Of a DNA stretch of 64,000 nt, positions 10,801 to 19,678 are shown piece by piece. Every line of letters begins with the position of its first letter. Position 1 is the first letter of the stretch. Made by a program: the position numbers and the translations under genes. Source of the DNA: an uncultured Bacteroidaceae bacterium. Lineage in GTDB: Bacteria > Bacteroidota > Bacteroidia > Bacteroidales > SM23-62. A model generated the notes under the pieces. That model did no database searches. It worked only from the letters and a program-made list of their open reading frames with translations, and was not told the origin of the DNA. The DNA is taken from NCBI GenBank assembly GCA_964420035.1, contig CAYQQR010000006.1, forward strand, positions 28,885 to 92,884, written 5' to 3'.

Positions 10801-12254
10801 AGTTCCCCAACCTTGTAGGTTTGCCCGTTGAGGGTATATTCGAAAGCAACGGCCAGAACCTCGTCGGCGTTAAGGGCGGCATTCAGGGAGATAAAACCCA
10901 GCTGGGGGTTCAGGGTATATTCGCGCGGATTGAGCAAGCGGGCGTTTTCTATTTTTTCATAGTCCTGACCCGACGTAAAGTTCACGCTGTTGAGGGGTTG
11001 CAGAACCGATGTTACGTTGGCAATGTTCCGTATCCCCGGATAATTGTTGATCATCTGATCGTACAGGTCGTTCAGACTGTTCCGGGGGAAGATACCGCTT
11101 TCAACCTGTGAACTGACCGTGGAGTTGTAAATATTGGCGGAGGATTCTGCCAGGTCCATAAATCCCACAATGTTCCGGCTGTTCTCGAAATTACTGGTCT
11201 TGTTGGTTACCCAGACCTCGATCTTGGTAATGGTAACGCCCGACTGGATGATGGGCAGATTGCTGAGGGCCCTGTTATAATTGTCGCGGAAATATTGGGA
11301 CAGGAAGAAGTGTTTGTTGGCATCGTATTCATCTACACGGACTTCAAATTCATTGAGTTGAGCACCTCCTTCCACCCGTATTGTGGAAGTTTCACCTTTC
11401 TGCTGGGAGAAAATGCTGGTCACACGAAGTTTGCCGAACTGCAGCTCCGTTTTCAATCCGAACAAACTCTGGCTTCCCGTTATCAATGAACCTGAAAGGG
11501 GAAGGGTCACATTACCGGCTTCGATCTTCTTGATGATCTCATCTTCCTTCCCTGCATATTCCAGTTTGGTCTTGTTTTCGAAATCGAAAGTAGCTTCCGT
11601 ATTGTAATTGATCCCCAGCTTCATCTTATCCCCGATCGAGCCGTTCACGTTCATCTGGATCTTCTCTTCGAAAGTAAAGGAGGGCGTACGGCGAAGCCTT
11701 TCCGACAGCGTGGGATTATCGATACGGTTGATGTTGAAACCGAATATTAGTTCAGCGGAACCCTGAGGTATAATATCTATGGTATTGGAACCGAACACCC
11801 TGTCGAAAGCCTCCCCGCCGATATTAATCTGAGGCATAAAAGATGCCTGTGTTTCCAGGGATTCCCCCCTGGAGCGTTGCTGCCAGTAATCTCTTTTGGA
11901 ACGCCGCATCTCGTACTCCCTGTACTCTTCCAGGGACATGATCGCGGGCGGACCGATGGGTCGGTCCCCGATCTTTTCCTGGTAGATAAAGGAATTGGTT
12001 TCAGGATCGTAAGTGATCTCCGATTCTATATTTGAGGGGTCGCGTAAAAAAAGCGGGGAGGTGGATTCCTCAGAAGGATACAGGAAAGGTTCTCTTTTTT
12101 TAATGGGAAACCGCAGGCCGGTGTCGGGTGGCTGTGCCAGGTAGCGTCGGACCAGCGGACTTCCGGGCCGGGAAGGTTGGGCTGTTGCGGAAGGATCAAT
12201 CAGGCAGACCAGGATAAAGAAAGCCGCTACGGTGTATATGGATTTGTTCTTCAA
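4857..12254 (-). CDS. sprA: Type IX secretion system translocon / cell-surface protein SprA
   Basis: 2465 aa with an N-terminal signal peptide (MKNKSIYTVAAFFILVCLIDPSATAQ). Its size, beta-rich composition and position next to ruvA fit Bacteroidota SprA. The assignment is from family recall, not a search. Confidence 0.85.
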   Translation of the reverse strand: MKNKSIYTVAAFFILVCLIDPSATAQPSRPGSPLVRRYLAQPPDTGLRFPIKKREPFLYPSEESTSPLFLRDPSNIESEITYDPETNSFIYQEKIGDRPIGPPAIMSLEEYREYEMRRSKRDYWQQRSRGESLETQASFMPQINIGGEAFDRVFGSNTIDIIPQGSAELIFGFNINRIDNPTLSERLRRTPSFTFEEKIQMNVNGSIGDKMKLGINYNTEATFDFENKTKLEYAGKEDEIIKKIEAGNVTLPLSGSLITGSQSLFGLKTELQFGKLRVTSIFSQQKGETSTIRVEGGAQLNEFEVRVDEYDANKHFFLSQYFRDNYNRALSNLPIIQSGVTITKIEVWVTNKTSNFENSRNIVGFMDLAESSANIYNSTVSSQVESGIFPRNSLNDLYDQMINNYPGIRNIANVTSVLQPLNSVNFTSGQDYEKIENARLLNPREYTLNPQLGFISLNAALNADEVLAVAFEYTLNGQTYKVGELSSDINAPEALVVKLLKGTNLTPRLPTWNLMMKNIYAIGAFQVNKEDFYLEILYQDDQTGASINYIPEEGIQKKTLLQILNLDNLNEQLDPQRDGVFDYIPGVTILPSNGRVVFPVLEPFGDYLAQKIGDPDVASKYTFTELYDSTQTLAKQIAEKNKFKLMGTYKSSSSSEIMLNAMNIPQGSVKVTAGGMQLTENVDYTVDYTLGRVTIINQGLLESGTPINISLENQSLFAIQTKTLVGSHLEYRISDDFNIGGTILNLTERPLTQKVNIGDEPISNTIWGLNGSYRTESQFLTTMIDRLPFIETKEPSNITVTGEFAHLIPGHSRAIEKEGIAYIDDFEGSQTSIDLKSFPAWVLSSCPSRFPESNRSNDLGYGYKRGKLAWYVIDPLFLRNNSLTPGHLKANPDLQSSHFVEEVFETDIFPNKENPSGIPSNINVLNVAFYPKERGPYNYTTDMDSTGALLNSEEKWGGIMREIVTNDFESANVEFIEFWLMDPFVEEVSQDGGKLYFNLGNVSEDILKDSRKSFENGLPISPADTQFATTAWGRVPVVQSLVNAFNNDPTARQYQDVGLDGLPDPLEIIHFNDFIQNIEAQFGTESTAYRKATEDPSSDNFHYFRGSDYDRQGVGILDRYKQYNGMEGNSPTSEQSDEPYPTTGSTLPDVEDINRDNTLSEGEAYFEYEIDISPEDLQVGNNFITDKVVVDSDFPNGEKSSVTWYQFRVPLSDYDASVGPIQDFKSIRFFRMYMTGFQDSVLLRFARLELVRGEWRKYNLPFVEGGESLSSPEPPEGSFDISAVNIEENAGKDPVNYVLPPTIDRVIDPTNPQLRQLNEQAIVLKVLELADGDARAAYKNIDLDVRQYRKLEMFVHAEAIEGCGTLEDGELTAFIRLGSDYTSNYYEYEIPLKLTAPGNYENESSADRLLVWPKENKFEIVLDDLLDVKLARNNAVRTEGSEVSLTAPFSIIDDRGNRVSVRGNPNLSNVRTIMIGVRNPKARNGAFDDDGLAKCGEIWMNELRLTDFREQGGWAANGRVTTKLADFGTLTLSGNTSQPGFGSIETGVNERSKEERYQYDISANLNLGKFFAEKSGVVIPVYAGYSTTIINPQYNPLDPDIELRDALRAANSDAEKDSIKSFAQDLTQRRSINFTNVRKNKLEGKPNFYDLANWSVSYSFNDINARNIHTEYDYQKRYRAAVSYTFNTRPKNVTPFSKIGFLSSPAFKLIRDFNFYYAPSRISFRTDINRFYNERLLRNLRNLGDSRIRPDTLVNKDFYWNRYFDLQYDLTRSIKFDFSSTNIARIDEPIGPMNPDRPDYEVKRDSIWQEFLYLGRTTSYSHRFNVAYTLPINKIPLFNWITATTRYNGTYNWDAGPITADTIDLGNTIQNSSSLMATGQLNMTNFYNKVGFLKRINDKYRARGRGGQQQSQARTREVTWEDPRTLFRANRPKNFTHKLKTEDVTVTVTGPDNQTIESDVEVVNENRVRITVQEDVRNASVRIVGRRQVGQNPLIFIAENTARLLMGTKNISVSYTINKGSVVPGYKPAANFMGMNHATNGVSAPGWAFVAGLQEDDFIDMANSRGWISSDSLIVAPHVTTYSNNLNARGTFEPFNGFRIDITAKRTFMESSNQYAFNRDFGDMASNRQISGNFSISTISMGTAFESVYSDGDFSSEAFDRFKDENRFIISRRLAENRSVRGDYQPSVDTTGFYTHYGGNSSQVMIPAFLAAYTGQNVEKVTLEPFPSFKHMLPNWRLTFDGLSRVDLVKKIFRTINISHTYRSTYNIGSYLSNPFYSETPDGFVSLDAINELSNNFHPEFEISSVSIQEQFSPLINIDATTVNNINARFEIKKSRQIALSIPSAQITEISSNEFIIGTGYRFEEVPLIINTGGGQRSLDSDLNIRVDFSIRDNRTVIRKLAEDIDQITAGQRILKINTSLDYVLSDRFNLRFFFDRIVNKPFVSISYPTANTNVGFSLRFTLAQ

Positions 12255-12277
12255 AAAAAAGACGTGAATTAATCTTC

Positions 12278-12859
12278 CTATATTCTTTTCAATGCAGCTT
12301 TTACCAATTCTTCGACGGTCAGATCTTTCTGATCCGAAAGGACAGCATCAACGACCTTCTCAACTGCCCTTTTTGGGAAACCTAATGTGACTAATGCATT
12401 TAACGCTTCTTCCCGTATTGTATTGCTTTCGGCTTTTAATATTTCAGAAGCATCCCCTTCTTTGCCGATCTTCCCTTTCAGGTCCACGATGATCCTCTGG
12501 GCCGATTTTGCACCGATCCCCTTTACGGATTTCAATGTAATTACATTGCCTTCCTCGATGGCCCCGCGTATTTCATCCGGTTCCAGGGAGGACAGGATCA
12601 TCCTTGCCGTGTTGGCCCCCACACCGGATACCGAGATCAGGTTTCTGAATACTTCCCGTTCTGACCGAGAATAGAATCCGAAAAGAAGGTGGGCATCCTC
12701 CCGGATAACCTGGTGGATGAACAGTTTGCAGGTTCCGCTGTCGGGAAGTTTGGTGTAAGAGGTCAGGGAAATGTTGATGTAATAGCCCACCCCGTGGCTG
12801 TCCAGGACCACGAAGGCTGGGTTTTTTTCAATGATCTGGCCCTCAATGTATTCAAACAT
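12278..12859 (-). CDS. ruvA: Holliday junction DNA helicase subunit RuvA
   Basis: 193 aa with helix-hairpin-helix motifs ISVSGVGANTARMILS and LKSVKGIGAKSAQRII. Confidence 0.95.
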   Translation of the reverse strand: MFEYIEGQIIEKNPAFVVLDSHGVGYYINISLTSYTKLPDSGTCKLFIHQVIREDAHLLFGFYSRSEREVFRNLISVSGVGANTARMILSSLEPDEIRGAIEEGNVITLKSVKGIGAKSAQRIIVDLKGKIGKEGDASEILKAESNTIREEALNALVTLGFPKRAVEKVVDAVLSDQKDLTVEELVKAALKRI

Positions 12860-12905
12860 AATTGAAGTAGCTGGTTATAAAGGGCTAAAATAAAGAAAAA
12901 GTTTC

Positions 12906-12926
12906 GAGTTACGGGTTACGCGTTAC
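12906..12926. repeat. Cryptic 7-nt-period tract (gagttac gggttac gcgttac)
   Basis: Three tandem NNGTTAC units lie in the spacer between the malic-enzyme remnant and ruvA. Confidence 0.7.
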
Positions 12927-12983
12927 TAAAGACTATGCCTGAATAAGGTTGACTTTTAGTTTAACTTCTTATTATGTAATTCT

Positions 12984-13313
12984 CTATGATGATTTGTTGT
13001 TGATAAAGGGAAATATCTTGAACAGCAATCCCTTGCCTTCCATGACGGGTTTACCCGCCAGGGCATCGATGTTCCCCAGGCCCAGTACTGCAGATCCGTC
13101 GAAGATCACCGCCACCAGGTTACCCTTGGTGGTATAGCGATATGCCTCTTCAGGGTTTTTCTTTATCTCGAGGCAAGGTTCCGCAACCCCCGGCGAATAA
13201 GCAAGAGAGAGATCCAGCTGACTGCCGTGGGGTTTGGTGGGGATGATTTCTATTTTGCCCGGTCTGCCTTCGGAATGATAGTTCAGGGCATCCTGGCGTG
13301 TGAATTTGGGCAT
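12984..13313 (-). pseudogene. maeB: N-terminal remnant (about 100 of about 760 codons) of NADP-dependent malic enzyme
   Basis: The 109-aa ORF is collinear with the MaeB N-terminus ([63 protein letters not shown]). It then diverges ([10 protein letters not shown]) and stops. The NAD-binding and phosphotransacetylase-like parts are absent. Confidence 0.75.
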
Positions 13314-13327
13314 GGTGTTTTTTTTAT

Positions 13328-14383
13328 TTATATATCCGAAATATCCACCGGGGGAAGGGGGTCGCGGATGATCTCCCCGGTCAGCTTCCTGTTTTTATAA
13401 ATGTCACAGGCCGTATAAATGGCCGAACGGAAGGAATCGATGTTGGCTTCGCCCAAACCGGCAAGTTCAAAGGCCGTGCCGTGGGCCGGGGAGGTCCGGA
13501 TGACGGGCAGTCCGGCGGTGTAGTTGACTCCTGTTTCTCCGCAAAGTATTTTAAAGGCAGTCAATCCCTGGTCGTGATACATGGCCAGCACCCCGTCAAA
13601 ATTTCTAAAGCTGGCCGAACCAAAAAACCCGTCCGTGGCATAAGGACCGAAACTCAGGATACCCTCCTCGGTGGCCTGCTTTATTGCCGGATCGATGACC
13701 TCACTTTCTTCATTGCCCAGGATACCGTTTTCACCGGCATGAGGGTTCAGGCCAAGCACGGCGATCCGGGGTTTACGAATAAGAAAATCTTCCTGGAGGC
13801 TCTTATTCAAAATGCGCAGTTTGTTGAGGATCAATTCGGTATTCAGGTAGCCGGGAACCCCTGATACCGGTATGTGACCGGTCACCACGCCTACTTTCAT
13901 CAGGTCACCGACCATCAGCATCAGTACTTCTTCCGCGTTGAAAACCGATTGGAGATATTCGGTATGCCCCGCGAAGTTAAAACGTTCTGACTGTATGTTT
14001 TCCTTGTTGATGGGTGCCGTGACCAGGGCATCCAGTTTGTTTTCCTTCAGATCTTTAGCGGCAGCTTCAAGGGCGCTGGCCGAAGCCTCTCCGGCCTGCC
14101 TGGTCGATTTACCCAGTTCAACCCGGATGTTGTCGTCCACGCAATTGATGATGTTCGCCCGTTTGGCGTTGGCCTCTTCGGGCTTTTTGATGTTGTTCAG
14201 GCTGAAATTCTCGATGTTGAGGGCCTTACGATGGTAGGCGGTCACCTTAGAGGAACCGTAAATGATCGGGGTACAGATATCGAACAGGCGGGTATCCAGC
14301 ATGGTTTTTATGATCAACTCATAGCTGATCCCATTCACATCACCGTGGGTTATACCGATTTTAACGGGTTTGTTTTCTTCCAT
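13328..14383 (-). CDS. pdxA: 4-hydroxythreonine-4-phosphate dehydrogenase PdxA
   Basis: 351 aa with PdxA-family motifs ([34 protein letters not shown]). Confidence 0.92.
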   Translation of the reverse strand: MEENKPVKIGITHGDVNGISYELIIKTMLDTRLFDICTPIIYGSSKVTAYHRKALNIENFSLNNIKKPEEANAKRANIINCVDDNIRVELGKSTRQAGEASASALEAAAKDLKENKLDALVTAPINKENIQSERFNFAGHTEYLQSVFNAEEVLMLMVGDLMKVGVVTGHIPVSGVPGYLNTELILNKLRILNKSLQEDFLIRKPRIAVLGLNPHAGENGILGNEESEVIDPAIKQATEEGILSFGPYATDGFFGSASFRNFDGVLAMYHDQGLTAFKILCGETGVNYTAGLPVIRTSPAHGTAFELAGLGEANIDSFRSAIYTACDIYKNRKLTGEIIRDPLPPVDISDI

Positions 14384-14433
14384 GATCCGTCAATGAATGA
14401 ACCAAAATAGTGATTATTTGCAGAAAATGCAGA

Positions 14434-15867
14434 TCAGGTATACCGGCTCAGAAAGTCGTACATCATCCGGACACCGTAACCGGTACCGCCTGTTGTCAGG
14501 TAGGCATCCCGCTTCTTGATGAAGGCCGGGCCGGCAATATCCAGGTGATAAAAGGGATAATCGGTAAAGTGTGCCAGGAATTTTCCTGCCGTGATGGAAC
14601 CCCCGATCCGTCCGCCGATATTTTTCAAATCAGCGATCTCTGATTTCAGCAGCTTATCGTATTCTTCCCAGAAGGGGTATTCTGCGATCCGTTCATAGAC
14701 CCGTGAGCCGCTTTCCTTGATCTTATCCGTAATCTCTTTGCTTGCGGTTCCCATGCCAACCATGCCGTAATGACCGATAGCATAGTGGGAAGAACCGGTG
14801 AGGGTGGAGAACTCGACCACCAGTTCAGGGTCGTATTTCTTTGCAAAACTAAGGGCATCGGCAAGGATCAGCCGGCCTTCCGCGTCGGTGTTCAGCACTT
14901 CCACGGTAGTACCGTCGAACATGGTGATCACGTCCCCGGGAACATAGGCATTGCCGTCGGGCCGGTTATCGGTTGCAGGGATCAGGCCGATCACATGTAC
15001 CGGAAGTTTGGCCCTGGCTATGGCATAGAAGGTCCCTGCCACGGCAGCGGCGCCGGCCATGTCGCATTTCATGTAATCCATGGAGTCGTGCGTGGGCTTC
15101 AGGCTCAGACCGCCCGTGTCGTAAACTACCCCCTTACCTACCAGGATTACCGGCTTTTTGTTTTTTGCATTTTCCGGTTTCCAGGTCAGGATGTTAAATG
15201 TCGGCGGATCAACGCTTCCTTTGTTGACCGCGAGCAGGCCCCCCATCTTCAGGGATTCTATCTTCTTCTTGTCGAAAACTTCCAATGTAAAACCCGATTC
15301 ATCCGCCAGCTTTTGTATTTCTTTGGATAATTGGCTTGCCGTTAGGAAGGAAAGGGGTTCATTAACCAGGTCGCGGGTATGATATACGGCATGGATGAGG
15401 TGATGCAGGTTCTCAAGCGCTTCAGCATCCAGGCTTCTCCCGACCAGACTGATGCTTTCCAGGCTGTTTTTCTTCTCGTCTTTTTTCTTCCGGTACTTCA
15501 GGAACTGGTAGTTCGATAACAAGAGTCCTTCGATAAAGGCCGTGGTCGCGTCGGCATCCCGGTCCAGGTCCTGTACGACAACCGATTTGATTTTATTTTG
15601 ATTTATACTCCTGCATATGCCGTGGCCGAGCTTACGAATGGCCTGGAGCCTGTCATATTCAGTTTTGTCCGGGTCGGTTCTTGCCAGGTATAAAAAACGC
15701 CGGTACTGGTTCAGGGCCAAATGCTTATTTTTTTCATCAGCAAAGCTTTTCTCAACGTAATTCTTTTCCTGCTGGTTCTCGAGGTATTCCGGAAACTTGT
15801 CCGCTGAGCTTGAAAGAAGGATCAGATGCTCTTCTCCCGTGGTTTTTTCTGTTGTCCCTACGTGCAT
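14434..15867 (-). CDS. pepA: Leucyl aminopeptidase (M17 family)
   Basis: 477 aa with M17 signatures VGKGVVYDTGGLSLK and NTDAEGRLILADAL. Confidence 0.9.
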   Translation of the reverse strand: MHVGTTEKTTGEEHLILLSSSADKFPEYLENQQEKNYVEKSFADEKNKHLALNQYRRFLYLARTDPDKTEYDRLQAIRKLGHGICRSINQNKIKSVVVQDLDRDADATTAFIEGLLLSNYQFLKYRKKKDEKKNSLESISLVGRSLDAEALENLHHLIHAVYHTRDLVNEPLSFLTASQLSKEIQKLADESGFTLEVFDKKKIESLKMGGLLAVNKGSVDPPTFNILTWKPENAKNKKPVILVGKGVVYDTGGLSLKPTHDSMDYMKCDMAGAAAVAGTFYAIARAKLPVHVIGLIPATDNRPDGNAYVPGDVITMFDGTTVEVLNTDAEGRLILADALSFAKKYDPELVVEFSTLTGSSHYAIGHYGMVGMGTASKEITDKIKESGSRVYERIAEYPFWEEYDKLLKSEIADLKNIGGRIGGSITAGKFLAHFTDYPFYHLDIAGPAFIKKRDAYLTTGGTGYGVRMMYDFLSRYT

Positions 15868-15900
15868 CTCTTAGGGGTTTTTAGTGCTCAAATAAAAACA

Positions 15901-15908
15901 CAAAATTA
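15901..15908 (-). promoter_or_regulatory. Candidate -7 box (TAATTTTG on the minus strand) for pepA
   Basis: The plus strand reads caaaatta, 33 nt upstream of the pepA ATG, matching the TAnnTTTG consensus. Confidence 0.35.
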
Positions 15909-15954
15909 GTAATTATTTGGGAGAGTTAGGGATTCGGATATAGAATTCAGGATT

Positions 15955-15980
15955 CAGCCTGCCTGACAGCAGGCAGGCTG
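15955..15980. repeat. Perfect palindrome with an 11-bp stem and 4-nt loop
   Basis: cagcctgcctg-acag-caggcaggctg. There is no flanking T-run on either strand. Confidence 0.9.
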
Positions 15981-15993
15981 GGTTCCTCAGTTC

Positions 15994-16030
15994 AGTAGGA
16001 AGTAGGAAGTAAGTAGTAAGTAGTAGCAGC
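15994..16030. repeat. Cryptic 7-nt-period tract (agtagga x2, agtaagt x2, agtagca)
   Basis: Five tandem AGTARNN units lie in the pepA/DUF4837 spacer. They are followed to 16140 by a GC-rich stretch with a small hairpin (gtcccg-ggcact-cgggac). Confidence 0.85.
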
Positions 16031-16140
16031 GAAATTCCGAAAAGCGGCGAAGCGGAAAGGCAGTCCCGGGCACTCGGGACGGAAATACAGCGTGGCGGAA
16101 AAGCAATCCCGATTTATGGTTACGGAACCGCGGCTACAGG

Positions 16141-17127
16141 TTACTCGACTATTTCCAGTGAGTAGACTATCGCTTCCAGCTCGTGGTACCTGGTGCGCTT
16201 GTCATAACGGGGGGAGTAGAGGAAACCTTCGGCGGTGACCACCCGGTTCCTTTTTTCATCCACCATGCTGACACTGATGAAGGGACCGCCCATGAAGGCC
16301 CCTTTGGTTTTCCACAGGCCCCTGAGCTCGGCGGCATACTTTCCCCTGATGGTCATCTCGGTTAACCGGGGAGGGAAATCTTCCTCGGTGGTCATATGGG
16401 AGCCCTCTACCGGTCCGGGCACATATTTCCTCATGAACTCGTTTCTTTTTTTAACCAGGTAATCCACGGTAAAGGTATTCGGATCGGTGTAGGGATAGTG
16501 ATAGAGCAGGATGCCCTGGGTCATGAAAGCGGTTTCATTGGAGATCCAGACAAAATCGGAAGAGTCTACATCCAGGTTATATCCCATGGGAACCGTGAGG
16601 GTTGCATGATGGTTCTTCTGAAGTAATTTGGAAACCCCCAGTGAAACGTTCTCTGCATAGAGATCCATCAATCGCTTCCGCTCGATCTCTGCCATGCTTT
16701 CCAGGAGCCTGTCTACATTTTCCTGAAGATAGGCCAGCAGGGAATCGGCCCCGGGGGCAACCATGTTGGCAACCACCTGGGGCTTGGCCCAGAGGTTATT
16801 CTGAAAAACCACTTTAGCTTCCTTGAAATCATCCCCCAGTTTTATCAGGAAAATATTTCGGTGAATCTTGTACATATTTTTCAGATCGGAAGGAGAAATA
16901 TGGAGCAGGTCGTATTTGGGTTCGGGTTGGGGCAGGTAGGCTAAGGGTTCCTGGAAATTTTCCCGGAAGAAATCTCCCAGTTTCCCGTCCCAGTGTGCTT
17001 TGCTCATCACCACCACAATTTCTCCCTGCTTTCCGCTGGCATTGGGTAAAAAAGGTTTCTTCTCCTGATTGGTGCAAGACAGCGCGGTTAGCAAAATCCC
17101 CAGGGCGAACCATAATATGTTTTTCAT
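16141..17127 (-). CDS. DUF4837-family lipoprotein
   Basis: I place the start at the internal ATG (MKNILWFALGILLTALSC, lipobox Cys), which removes the overlap with the upstream gene. The sequence resembles the Bacteroidota DUF4837 family by recall. Confidence 0.65.
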   Translation of the reverse strand: MKNILWFALGILLTALSCTNQEKKPFLPNASGKQGEIVVVMSKAHWDGKLGDFFRENFQEPLAYLPQPEPKYDLLHISPSDLKNMYKIHRNIFLIKLGDDFKEAKVVFQNNLWAKPQVVANMVAPGADSLLAYLQENVDRLLESMAEIERKRLMDLYAENVSLGVSKLLQKNHHATLTVPMGYNLDVDSSDFVWISNETAFMTQGILLYHYPYTDPNTFTVDYLVKKRNEFMRKYVPGPVEGSHMTTEEDFPPRLTEMTIRGKYAAELRGLWKTKGAFMGGPFISVSMVDEKRNRVVTAEGFLYSPRYDKRTRYHELEAIVYSLEIVE

Positions 17128-17158
17128 AATTAAAGATTTAGTAAAATAGATTTTGCTC

Positions 17159-17869
17159 TTAAAGTCCTGTATGAGCAGGAACGGCTCCGGTATCAGCTTC
17201 AAAATTTATGCCATGGAGCCGGTAATTTTCGCCAAGATAGTACAATGCGATGAAAGCAGGAATAAATCGTTGGGATTGTTCCGGCAGATGGGAGCGAAGT
17301 CTCCAGTATTCTTTGCTGCCCGAATGTTCCATGGCCTGCCTCAGGGTGATCGGGCCGGAGTTGTAGGCTGCCAGAACCAACCACCAGTCTTTGAATTCTT
17401 CATACAGCCCGGTAAGGTATTTACAGGCTGCCCGGGTTGACAGTTCAGGGTCTTTTCTTTGATCAATCGAGTCGTTTACAAACAGTTTCATATTGGTCGC
17501 CGTAAAGGATTTAAACTGCCATAATCCGAGTGCCCCGGTTGAGGAACGGGCCTCGGGATTAAGTCCCGATTCCAGCATGGCCAGATATTTTAATTCCGGG
17601 GGAAGGTGGTATTCATGACAAAGCTTCTCGATAACTGGGAAGTACCCGATGCTTCGTTCGAGAAATATTTCCAATTGGTCGCGACGCTCTCCCAGGTACA
17701 GATCAATAAAATAGGCCACGTCAGCATTGTATTCCAAAGGTACTGCCGTGTGCCGGTCCATGAGGGCTATCCGGTATTCAATGATAAAATTATCGGGATC
17801 ATCATTGCTGTCAAAAGACAACAGTAAGGGTAAAAAAAAGACAAAAATGATCCTTCTGAAGGGCCTCAT
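17159..17869 (-). CDS. Lytic murein transglycosylase (SLT domain, MltD-like)
   Basis: 236 aa with a signal peptide and SLT motifs LAMLESGLNP, GALGLWQF and AAYNSGP. Confidence 0.8.
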   Translation of the reverse strand: MRPFRRIIFVFFLPLLLSFDSNDDPDNFIIEYRIALMDRHTAVPLEYNADVAYFIDLYLGERRDQLEIFLERSIGYFPVIEKLCHEYHLPPELKYLAMLESGLNPEARSSTGALGLWQFKSFTATNMKLFVNDSIDQRKDPELSTRAACKYLTGLYEEFKDWWLVLAAYNSGPITLRQAMEHSGSKEYWRLRSHLPEQSQRFIPAFIALYYLGENYRLHGINFEADTGAVPAHTGL

Positions 17870-17930
17870 TAGTTTGTACCGACTGGATGGCTTAAAATAG
17901 AAAGTTTCTTCCTTTAACAGTGCCTTCTTT

Positions 17931-19361
17931 TCAGTCTTTCTTCAACAATGACCTGCTAAATGCTAACAGTTTGTGCTCTTCGAGAGGAGCAGCCATCAGC
18001 TGCATGCCATAAGGCAGTCCATTGGGATGAATGCCGGCAGGAATGCTGATGGCCGGGGTTCCGGCCAGGTTGGCATGTATGGTATAAATATCTTCCAGGT
18101 AAAGGGCCACCGGATCTCCTTCAAAAGCACCATGGAGAAATGCAGTATTCGGACTGGTGGGTGAGAGGATAAAGTCGTACTTATTAAACAGTTCCCGGGT
18201 CTGTTCCCGTATCAACTGCCTTACCTCCTGTGCCTTTTTGTAATATGCATCATAATAGCCCGCACTCAGCACAAAGGTTCCGGTCATAATGCGTCTTTTT
18301 ACTTCTTTCCCAAAACCCTGGCTCCGGGATTTTTGATATACTTCGGCCGGTGTTTTGGTGTCCCTGGCCCTGAAACCGTAGTGGACGCCATCGTATCGTG
18401 CCAGGTTGGAGGAAGCTTCGGCAGTTGCCAGAATGTAATAGCAGGGGACCAGGTAGTCGAGCCAGGGAAATTCAATTTTGTCCACCAGGTGACCCATATT
18501 TTTCAGTCTGTCTATCTTATTTCGTATACCGGTGCGGATATGCCGGTCCAGTCCGGGATGCTCCATACATTCCCTGAAAAAAGCTATTTTATATACCTCT
18601 TTCGGGTCTTCCGGTTTGTTATAGTCTGGTACAAGTCCTGGAGATGAAGTACTGTCTTTGGGGTCGTGGCCTGCCATGACTTCCAGGAGGGCTGCAAGGT
18701 CTTCTATGGTATGCGCCATGGGCCCGATCTGATCGAGGGAAGAACCATAGGCAATCAATCCGTAGCGGGATACCCGTCCATAGCCGGGTTTTAATCCGGT
18801 AATGCCACAGAAGGCAGCCGGCAGGCGGATGGATCCCCCGGTATCCGATCCCAGGGCCGCGTGGCAAAGCCCGGCTGCCACAGCAGAGGCTGAACCGCCC
18901 GAAGAACCGCCGGGTACTTTTTCCTCGTTGAGGGGATTCAGGACCTTACCGTAAAAGGAGGTATCATTGGTGCTGCCCATGGCGAATTCATCGCAATTCG
19001 TACGTCCGATGATGATGGCATCTTCGGCCAGCAGTCGCTCCACAACCGTGGCGTGATAGGGGGATACATAGCCTTCGAGGATCCCGGAAGCAGCGCTCAG
19101 GCGGTGGTTTTTAAAAGCAATATTGTCCTTGACTCCCAGAACCAATCCTGCCAGTTTTCCGGCCCGGCCGGAGCGTATCTTTTTATCAATTTCTCTGGCC
19201 CGGTCGAGGGCTTCATCATCAAAGCTTTCAATAAAGGCATTTAAGTGCCGGTACTTATGGATCCTTTCCAGGAACCGCTCTACAATACCCGGGACCCGGA
19301 GGCGACCGGCCAGGATCGCTTCATGATCTTGTATAAAAGTGTATTTGGGGAAATCAGCCAT
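17931..19361 (-). CDS. gatA: Asp-tRNA(Asn)/Glu-tRNA(Gln) amidotransferase subunit A
   Basis: Amidase signature GGSSGGSASAVAAG. The start is taken at MADFPKYT (ATG at 19361). Confidence 0.92.
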   Translation of the reverse strand: MADFPKYTFIQDHEAILAGRLRVPGIVERFLERIHKYRHLNAFIESFDDEALDRAREIDKKIRSGRAGKLAGLVLGVKDNIAFKNHRLSAASGILEGYVSPYHATVVERLLAEDAIIIGRTNCDEFAMGSTNDTSFYGKVLNPLNEEKVPGGSSGGSASAVAAGLCHAALGSDTGGSIRLPAAFCGITGLKPGYGRVSRYGLIAYGSSLDQIGPMAHTIEDLAALLEVMAGHDPKDSTSSPGLVPDYNKPEDPKEVYKIAFFRECMEHPGLDRHIRTGIRNKIDRLKNMGHLVDKIEFPWLDYLVPCYYILATAEASSNLARYDGVHYGFRARDTKTPAEVYQKSRSQGFGKEVKRRIMTGTFVLSAGYYDAYYKKAQEVRQLIREQTRELFNKYDFILSPTSPNTAFLHGAFEGDPVALYLEDIYTIHANLAGTPAISIPAGIHPNGLPYGMQLMAAPLEEHKLLAFSRSLLKKD

Positions 19362-19430
19362 CCGGACAAAAAAAAACCAGTCTTTGAAAACATACAAAAA
19401 AAGACTGGCTAAAGAGTTTGAAGAATATTA

Positions 19431-19637
19431 TCAGGACTTGCTGTCTTTTTTCAGCTCTTTTTCATTGTTGTTATCTGGCTCATCATCTTTGGTGGCTTTC
19501 TTGAATTCTTTCATTCCCTGCCCCAGTCCTTTCATCAGTTCAGGAATCTTTCTCCCACCGAACAATAGAACGACCACGAGTATGATAAGCAATACCTGCC
19601 ATGGTCCGATCATCCCGAGTTGAATAAATAAGTTCAT
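19431..19637 (-). CDS. tatA: Twin-arginine translocase subunit TatA/E
   Basis: 68 aa with one TM helix, an amphipathic helix ([25 protein letters not shown]) and an acidic tail. Confidence 0.85.
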   Translation of the reverse strand: MNLFIQLGMIGPWQVLLIILVVVLLFGGRKIPELMKGLGQGMKEFKKATKDDEPDNNNEKELKKDSKS

Positions 19638-19678
19638 GATTTCGTCTGTTATTTATGATACAAATTTAGCAATTATTA

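Noticed and set aside
16141-17202. N-terminal extensions of track ORFs. These cover DUF4837 to 17202, the lipoprotein to 62910, GH172 to 27633, rnhB from 42867, lepA from 55796, the sigma-54 activator from 50791 and gatA to 19397.
   Set aside because: In each case an internal ATG gives the family-typical N-terminus or signal peptide. The internal start also removes overlap with a neighbouring gene or repeat tract. Several of the track starts are TTG or GTG codons.
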